A stretch of DNA of 12,830 bases, from contig JAYEMF010000086.1 of the NCBI GenBank assembly GCA_034717975.1, forward strand, positions 1 through 12,830, read 5' to 3'. Source of the DNA: Campylobacterota bacterium. Its GTDB lineage: Bacteria; Campylobacterota; Campylobacteria; Campylobacterales; Sulfurimonadaceae. Positions 8,979-12,830 of the stretch are shown in pieces. The position numbers and the translations under genes are program-made. The notes beneath the pieces were generated by a model that worked only from the letters and a program-made list of their open reading frames with translations, was not told the origin of the DNA and did not search any database. Numbering within the stretch: the first letter of the stretch is position 1; each line of letters begins with the position of its first letter.

Positions 8979-10192
8979 TAACTAATACTCATACTGAAAA
9001 TAGGCAGCAGCATCGCTGCGACAATAAAACCTATGACACCACCGACGATAAGCATCAGAAGTGGCTCAAGCAGGGTAAGCAGCAGGCCAACCTTATCCCG
9101 GTTCTCTTCAAAATAGAGTTCAGCGAGGTTGTTCAACACCGGTTCAACCTCTGAGGTCTCTTCTCCAAGTGCGATCGCCTGCACAAAGGCTGCATCAACG
9201 GCGATTTTCGACTCGTTCAGTGCCGTAGAGAGGCGTTTTCCTTCAACCACCTTCTGTGCCGCTTCACCAAAAATCTTTTTCAGTACCCTGTTATCAAGAA
9301 TATTGGACGAAAGCTTGATCGTCTGCACAAACGGTATGCCTGAACGCACCAGCAAAGCTCCGATATAGGCGAATCGCCCCAGCTCACTTTTTATGACGAT
9401 CGAACCAAAAATCGGCATCTTCATCATTACTCTGTCTGTCTTGTAACGGTACCCCTCATTATATCGGCGAAGCAGCGAGTTAAGTGAAATAACAGCTGTC
9501 ACAAGAATCAGGATCACTATGTAGTTGTTGTTAAAAAACTCACCTGCTGCTATGACGAATGTTGTCACTCCCGGCAGTTCCTGATCCATATTGGCAAAGA
9601 TATTTGTTATCTGGGGAACAACAAAAGTAAGCATGAAGCCCACCATCAACAGTGAAACGACAAGCATAAACAGCGGGTAGGCAAATGCGCTTCGCACCTC
9701 TTTATTGATGCTGTCTTGCTCCTTTAAAAATCGGGCCAGCTCCAGCAGCACCTCATCGAGTATCCCGCTGGACTCGCTTACCTTGATGGACTGAACATAG
9801 AACTCCGGCAGAACAACAATACTCTGCGATCTCAATGCGTTATAGAAGTTTTTACCCTCATCAAGATAGACGTTTAGCGTTTTCAAAAACAGGTGTAGCT
9901 TTTTATTGTGTGCATAATGGGACTGGGCGATCTTCAATGCACTTACAATCGTAATCCCTGAACGGATATAGGTTGCCAGTTCACGGCTTAACTGAGCAAG
10001 TTCTTTGGATGAGATATGATATCTGCGGGTGAAATGGATCCCCTCAAAGAGTGAGGGCCGCTCCTCTTTGATACTCTCATAGATGATCTGCTGTGCTTTA
10101 AGCTTGCTCTTGGCCTCCTCTAACGATGCCGCCTCGACCTTTTCATGGACTTTACTCCCTTTAAAGTCGATCCCTTTATAAGCATAGATCAC
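8978..10192 (-). CDS. gspF: T2SS inner membrane platform protein GspF
   Basis: Two T2SSF-like repeats (SRELATYIRSGITI; GALLVRSGIPF), SESSGILDEVL / GEETSEV, AFAYP + TM, and C-terminal LLEPLLMLIVGGVIGFIVAAMLLPIF; 404 aa. Confidence 0.96.
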   Translation of the reverse strand: MIYAYKGIDFKGSKVHEKVEAASLEEAKSKLKAQQIIYESIKEERPSLFEGIHFTRRYHISSKELAQLSRELATYIRSGITIVSALKIAQSHYAHNKKLHLFLKTLNVYLDEGKNFYNALRSQSIVVLPEFYVQSIKVSESSGILDEVLLELARFLKEQDSINKEVRSAFAYPLFMLVVSLLMVGFMLTFVVPQITNIFANMDQELPGVTTFVIAAGEFFNNNYIVILILVTAVISLNSLLRRYNEGYRYKTDRVMMKMPIFGSIVIKSELGRFAYIGALLVRSGIPFVQTIKLSSNILDNRVLKKIFGEAAQKVVEGKRLSTALNESKIAVDAAFVQAIALGEETSEVEPVLNNLAELYFEENRDKVGLLLTLLEPLLMLIVGGVIGFIVAAMLLPIFSMSIS

Positions 10193-10710
10193 TGTGTCAC
10201 CTTTTCAATCACTGCACGCTTGCTCTCAAGAGCATCTTCGAGCGACTCATAACGTGCCACTTTTCCAAAATAACTTGGAAAGTCAATCACTTCATCACGA
10301 TACTCCACCATCATTTCAGAAGCACTTCCGTCAGCAAAAATATCATAACGGAAACAGACCTCTTCTTCATGCCCGTCTTCAGAGTAGAGCGGTGTCCATG
10401 ACACTTCACGTGTACCGATCCGCGTATCGAAGCGGTAAACCTCGGCCGAGTCATCAATAAAAGGTCCCAGACTTTTCACTGCGCTTCCTTCAACATAGAG
10501 ATAACACTCTTTACAGCGGTCAATGCAGATCGCAGAGACATGATTGTTGTGATGAAAACCCTGTAAAAACTTTGGCAGTGTCCTCAGGGTCAGCAGTTCA
10601 TGCCTCTTATCTGTATAACGTTCCATACTTCCGACCGCAAAACCATACACCAAGCCGATAACCAGAACCACCAGCATCAGCTCCATCAGCGTAAAAGCTG
10701 TACGCTTCAT
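10189..10710 (-). CDS. gspH: Minor pseudopilin, GspH-like
   Basis: MKRTA|FTLMELMLVVLVIGLV prepilin motif; immediately downstream of gspG. The H label rests on position. Confidence 0.72.
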   Translation of the reverse strand: MKRTAFTLMELMLVVLVIGLVYGFAVGSMERYTDKRHELLTLRTLPKFLQGFHHNNHVSAICIDRCKECYLYVEGSAVKSLGPFIDDSAEVYRFDTRIGTREVSWTPLYSEDGHEEEVCFRYDIFADGSASEMMVEYRDEVIDFPSYFGKVARYESLEDALESKRAVIEKVTQ

Positions 10711-10725
10711 TAGTTGTTATTTAAA

Positions 10726-10800
10726 GCACCAAGGGTGCGAGGGCTTTCTGCCGAAGAAAACCCAGTGTTAACGTAGTCAAATGGACTTCGTTCATTTGGC
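10726..10800 (+). repeat. Three-hairpin GTAG REP-like element, copy A (gspG-gspH intergenic)
   Basis: Plus strand: GCACC-AAG-GGTGC GA GGGCTTTCT-GCCGA-AGAAAACCC AGTGTTAAC GTA GTCAAATGGAC-TTC-GTTCATTTGGC. Confidence 0.78.
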
Positions 10801-10812
10801 GTCTAAAAACAA

Positions 10813-11232
10813 TCAAAACTTACACTCACTGTAGCGGATATCGGCTGCATCATCACTGCCGCCCTCTTTTCGGTCAGCACCGAGCGAGATAAGATCGAAA
10901 CCGCTGTCGGTCGTAATATAGACAAAACTGTTCTGCCAAGAATCTTTTGGCATCTTCCCTTCCTCAAAATAACCGGACCTGGCGTAGCCCGGGTATTTGC
11001 TTGCACTTGGGTTTTTCACCAAGGCATCCAGACCCTCTTCTGTCGTCGGGTACATTCCGTTGTCGATTTTGAACATCTTCAACGTCTCGCTGATATTTTT
11101 CATCTGAACACAAACCAGTTTCTGCTTTGCTTCATCAGCCTTGCCCATAATATTTGGCATCACCAATGAGGCCAACAGTCCCAAAATAACGATCACGATC
11201 ATCAGTTCGATAAGTGAAAATCCTTTACGCAT
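10813..11232 (-). CDS. gspG: T2SS major pseudopilin GspG
   Basis: MRKG|FSLIELMIVIVILGLLASLVMPN, FKIDNGMYPTTEEGLDALV, PKDSWQN (DPWG-like) and SLGADRKEGG...DI; AAAAGG RBS. Confidence 0.96.
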   Translation of the reverse strand: MRKGFSLIELMIVIVILGLLASLVMPNIMGKADEAKQKLVCVQMKNISETLKMFKIDNGMYPTTEEGLDALVKNPSASKYPGYARSGYFEEGKMPKDSWQNSFVYITTDSGFDLISLGADRKEGGSDDAADIRYSECKF

Positions 11233-11261
11233 AAAAAAACCTTTTTGATTGGTAGTAGTGT

Positions 11262-11267
11262 ATTATA
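11262..11267 (-). promoter_or_regulatory. Putative sigma70 -10 box (TATAAT) of the T2SS operon
   Basis: Perfect TATAAT on the minus strand about 30 nt upstream of the gspG ATG, with AT-rich sequence upstream of it. Confidence 0.55.
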
Positions 11268-11308
11268 GTGGTTTTTACCAAAAAAATTGTAAAACCCCCA
11301 CTCTTAAC

Positions 11309-11411
11309 CACGGTAATTCAAAACTTACCTCTGCTTAAGGTATACGCTCTGTGATTCCTGCGAAGGCGGGAATGACGAAAATGAAATATAACTTAAACTT
11401 GAATTACCGTG
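11309..11411. mobile_element. MITE-like element with 13-bp terminal inverted repeats enclosing a CGTC-type REP hairpin
   Basis: CACGGTAATTCAA (11309-11321) is the exact reverse complement of TTGAATTACCGTG (11399-11411). Internal hairpin GTGATTCCTGC-GAAG-GCGGGAATGAC (11351-11376). No target-site duplication recognised. Confidence 0.6.
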
Positions 11412-11451
11412 CATCCTGTCACCCTTCAATCTCATCTAGGTCACTTTAGTG

Positions 11452-11457
11452 TACAAT
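11452..11457 (+). promoter_or_regulatory. Putative -10 box (TACAAT) for the nitroreductase-Nudix genes
   Basis: TTTAGTG-TACAAT lies 24 nt upstream of ATG 11482, followed by a GGAG RBS. Confidence 0.45.
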
Positions 11458-11481
11458 TTCACACTTAAATCGGAGATCTCA

Positions 11482-12168
11482 ATGGAAAACCTCACAGTTA
11501 TCGATGCAATCAATCAGCGCTCTTCCAAACGCCGCTATCTTGACAAGGCTATCCCTAAAGAGACACTGACGAAGATTCTTGAAGCGGGCCAGATGACACC
11601 GAGTGGGGCGAACATGCAGTCATGGACGGTTTATGCCGTCAGCAACCAGGCTATCCTCGACAGAGTCACTGATGCCATCATTTCACATATCGAAGGCGGC
11701 GGTGATCTCGACCAGTTTATCCAGTACTATCCGTTAAAATGGATCAATCCCTACAAACTCCGTCGTATCAAAACCGGTGCCGGGCTTTACGAAAAGATGG
11801 GAGTCGACCGTAAAGACACCGAAACACGTACGCAACTCTGGTATGACAACTACCGCTGGTTCGGGGCCAAAAATGTCCTCTTTGTCTTCGTAGATAAAAC
11901 CCTTATCGAAGGTGCTCAGGGACCGCTTATCGATTCAGGGGCTTACATGCAGACCGTTATGCTTGCCGCGCAGGGTTATGGCATTGACAGCTGTCCGCAA
12001 GGGTCAACGACAGAGTATGGCCGCATCATTGCCAAAGCACTCGAGGTGCCTGAGAACCTTGCCCTTCTTTACAGCATTGTCCTTGGCTACGAAGACAAAG
12101 AGGCGATCCAGAACAGCTACCAGCCCAAACGTGTTTCACTCGATGAGAACGTCACCTTTCTTGACTAA
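11482..12168 (+). CDS. Nitroreductase family protein (PnbA/NfnB-like)
   Basis: IDAINQRSSKRRY (FMN-binding RxSxR-like), TPSGANMQSW, PYKLRR..G..LY..MGV.R.D, WFGA, DSGAYMQTVMLAAQGYGIDSCPQ, IVLGY. Start set at ATG 11482 with a GGAG RBS. Confidence 0.92.
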   Translation: MENLTVIDAINQRSSKRRYLDKAIPKETLTKILEAGQMTPSGANMQSWTVYAVSNQAILDRVTDAIISHIEGGGDLDQFIQYYPLKWINPYKLRRIKTGAGLYEKMGVDRKDTETRTQLWYDNYRWFGAKNVLFVFVDKTLIEGAQGPLIDSGAYMQTVMLAAQGYGIDSCPQGSTTEYGRIIAKALEVPENLALLYSIVLGYEDKEAIQNSYQPKRVSLDENVTFLD

Positions 12169-12182
12169 ACCCATAAACTGAC

Positions 12183-12773
12183 GTGACTACGATAAAACGC
12201 GTTGCATTCGGCAAACAGACCTCCGGCAAGAAAGATGCCGTCTTTCTTGCCATCTATGTCGAAGCGATCGCTCCATGGAAATATTTCAAAGATCAGATTA
12301 TAGATGTCAAATGTCCGGCCGTTATAATGATCGACCGCTGGGACGGACGCATGGGTTTTCCAGGCGGTACACTCAATGAGGGCGAATCGATCATAGAGGC
12401 GCTGGTACGCGAGATCAAAGAGGAGGTCGGCATTACAGTCAAACCCGACAAGGTCCGCCCGATCGCCTCGCACGAGGGAAAGATCGCCACCCACTTTTAC
12501 GGCTTGAGAGTCACCGAGATCGAGTTTTTGCATATCTATTATCACATTCTCAACAACTTTGCACGTTCGATCCTGCTGCATGCTTACGAAGAGGGTGACG
12601 AATCACACTTTATGTCAGAGATCACCGGCATAAAGATCGTTCCGCTGGTTGAACACGCCGGTAAGGGGATCAATCACTTTATCGGCAACCATTTTGCAGG
12701 CTCCTCCAGAGAGGATCTGCTGATCCTGATGGATGAAGCACTCGGAATGAATATCGACCAGTATCAAAACTGA
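12183..12773 (+). CDS. Nudix hydrolase, NUDT16/X29-like
   Basis: Canonical Nudix box GGTLNEGESIIEALVREIKEEVGI (GX5EX7REUXEEXGU) preceded by RWDGRMGFPGG; 14 nt after the nitroreductase stop. GTG start with a weak RBS. Confidence 0.9.
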   Translation: MTTIKRVAFGKQTSGKKDAVFLAIYVEAIAPWKYFKDQIIDVKCPAVIMIDRWDGRMGFPGGTLNEGESIIEALVREIKEEVGITVKPDKVRPIASHEGKIATHFYGLRVTEIEFLHIYYHILNNFARSILLHAYEEGDESHFMSEITGIKIVPLVEHAGKGINHFIGNHFAGSSREDLLILMDEALGMNIDQYQN

Positions 12774-12784
12774 AATTTAATTAC

Positions 12785-12793
12785 TGCTACAAT
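12785..12793 (+). promoter_or_regulatory. Putative extended -10 promoter (TGnTACAAT) for the next gene
   Basis: TGCTACAAT preceded by TTTAATT and followed by an AAAGG RBS and ATG at 12814. Confidence 0.55.
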
Positions 12794-12813
12794 ATCACAA
12801 TTGAAAGGTTAAT

Positions 12814-12830
12814 ATGACACATTGCGAAGA
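12814..12830 (+). CDS. Probable 5' end of a gene that runs off the window (MTHCE...)
   Basis: ATG 5 nt after AAAGG and downstream of the extended -10; only 5 full codons are visible. Confidence 0.4.

Noticed and set aside
548..10460. Numerous short antisense or alternate-frame ORFs (e.g. 909-1388, 3429-3800, 7472-7885, 7890-8237)
   Set aside because: They lie within well-supported T2SS genes and show no recognisable motifs.
10726..10800. Rho-independent terminator or tRNA interpretation of the hairpin cluster
   Set aside because: There is no clear U-tract directly after a strong stem on the mRNA strand, and no acceptor stem, T-loop consensus or CCA; the covarying second copy explains it better.
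10724..10816. Small minus-strand ORF (TTG start overlapping the gspG stop; IVFRRQMNEVHLTTLTLGFLRQKALAPLVL) spanning copy A
   Set aside because: About 31 codons, out of frame with gspH, and almost wholly explained by the palindromic element; no independent coding evidence.
11449..11481. Longest-ORF starts for the nitroreductase (11449), gspC (5207) and gspL (8035)
   Set aside because: Downstream ATGs (11482, 5186, 7978) have better RBS context or smaller overlaps; the 11449 start also overlaps the putative -10 box.
11912..12581. ORFs 11912-12181 (+), 12165-12581 (-) and 12293-12490 (-)
   Set aside because: They are shadows of the nitroreductase and Nudix genes.

Overview
About 11.2 kb of the window is a tightly coupled minus-strand type II secretion (T2SS) operon in the order gspG-H-F-K-L-M-(N-like fusion)-C-D-E-I-J. 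Protein and promoter style suggest a Campylobacterota (Sulfurimonas/Sulfurovum-like) genome, which is an inference. Divergent from it are a PnbA/NfnB-like nitroreductase, a Nudix hydrolase and the start of another gene. Four things stand out. (1) Two sequence-diverged copies of a ~75-79 nt three-hairpin GTAG element show compensatory base changes; one sits between gspG and gspH, the other is read in frame inside the GspK leader peptide. (2) The gene at the gspN position is a chimera of a FliO-N/AMIN-like periplasmic domain, a 10.5 x 12-aa Lys/Ala/Thr repeat, two TM helices and a GspN-like domain. (3) The Nudix protein closely follows the motif pattern of eukaryotic NUDT16/X29. (4) A 103-bp MITE-like element with perfect 13-bp terminal inverted repeats around a CGTC-type REP hairpin lies between the divergent promoters. 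Family assignments come from motif recognition and recall, not from database searches.
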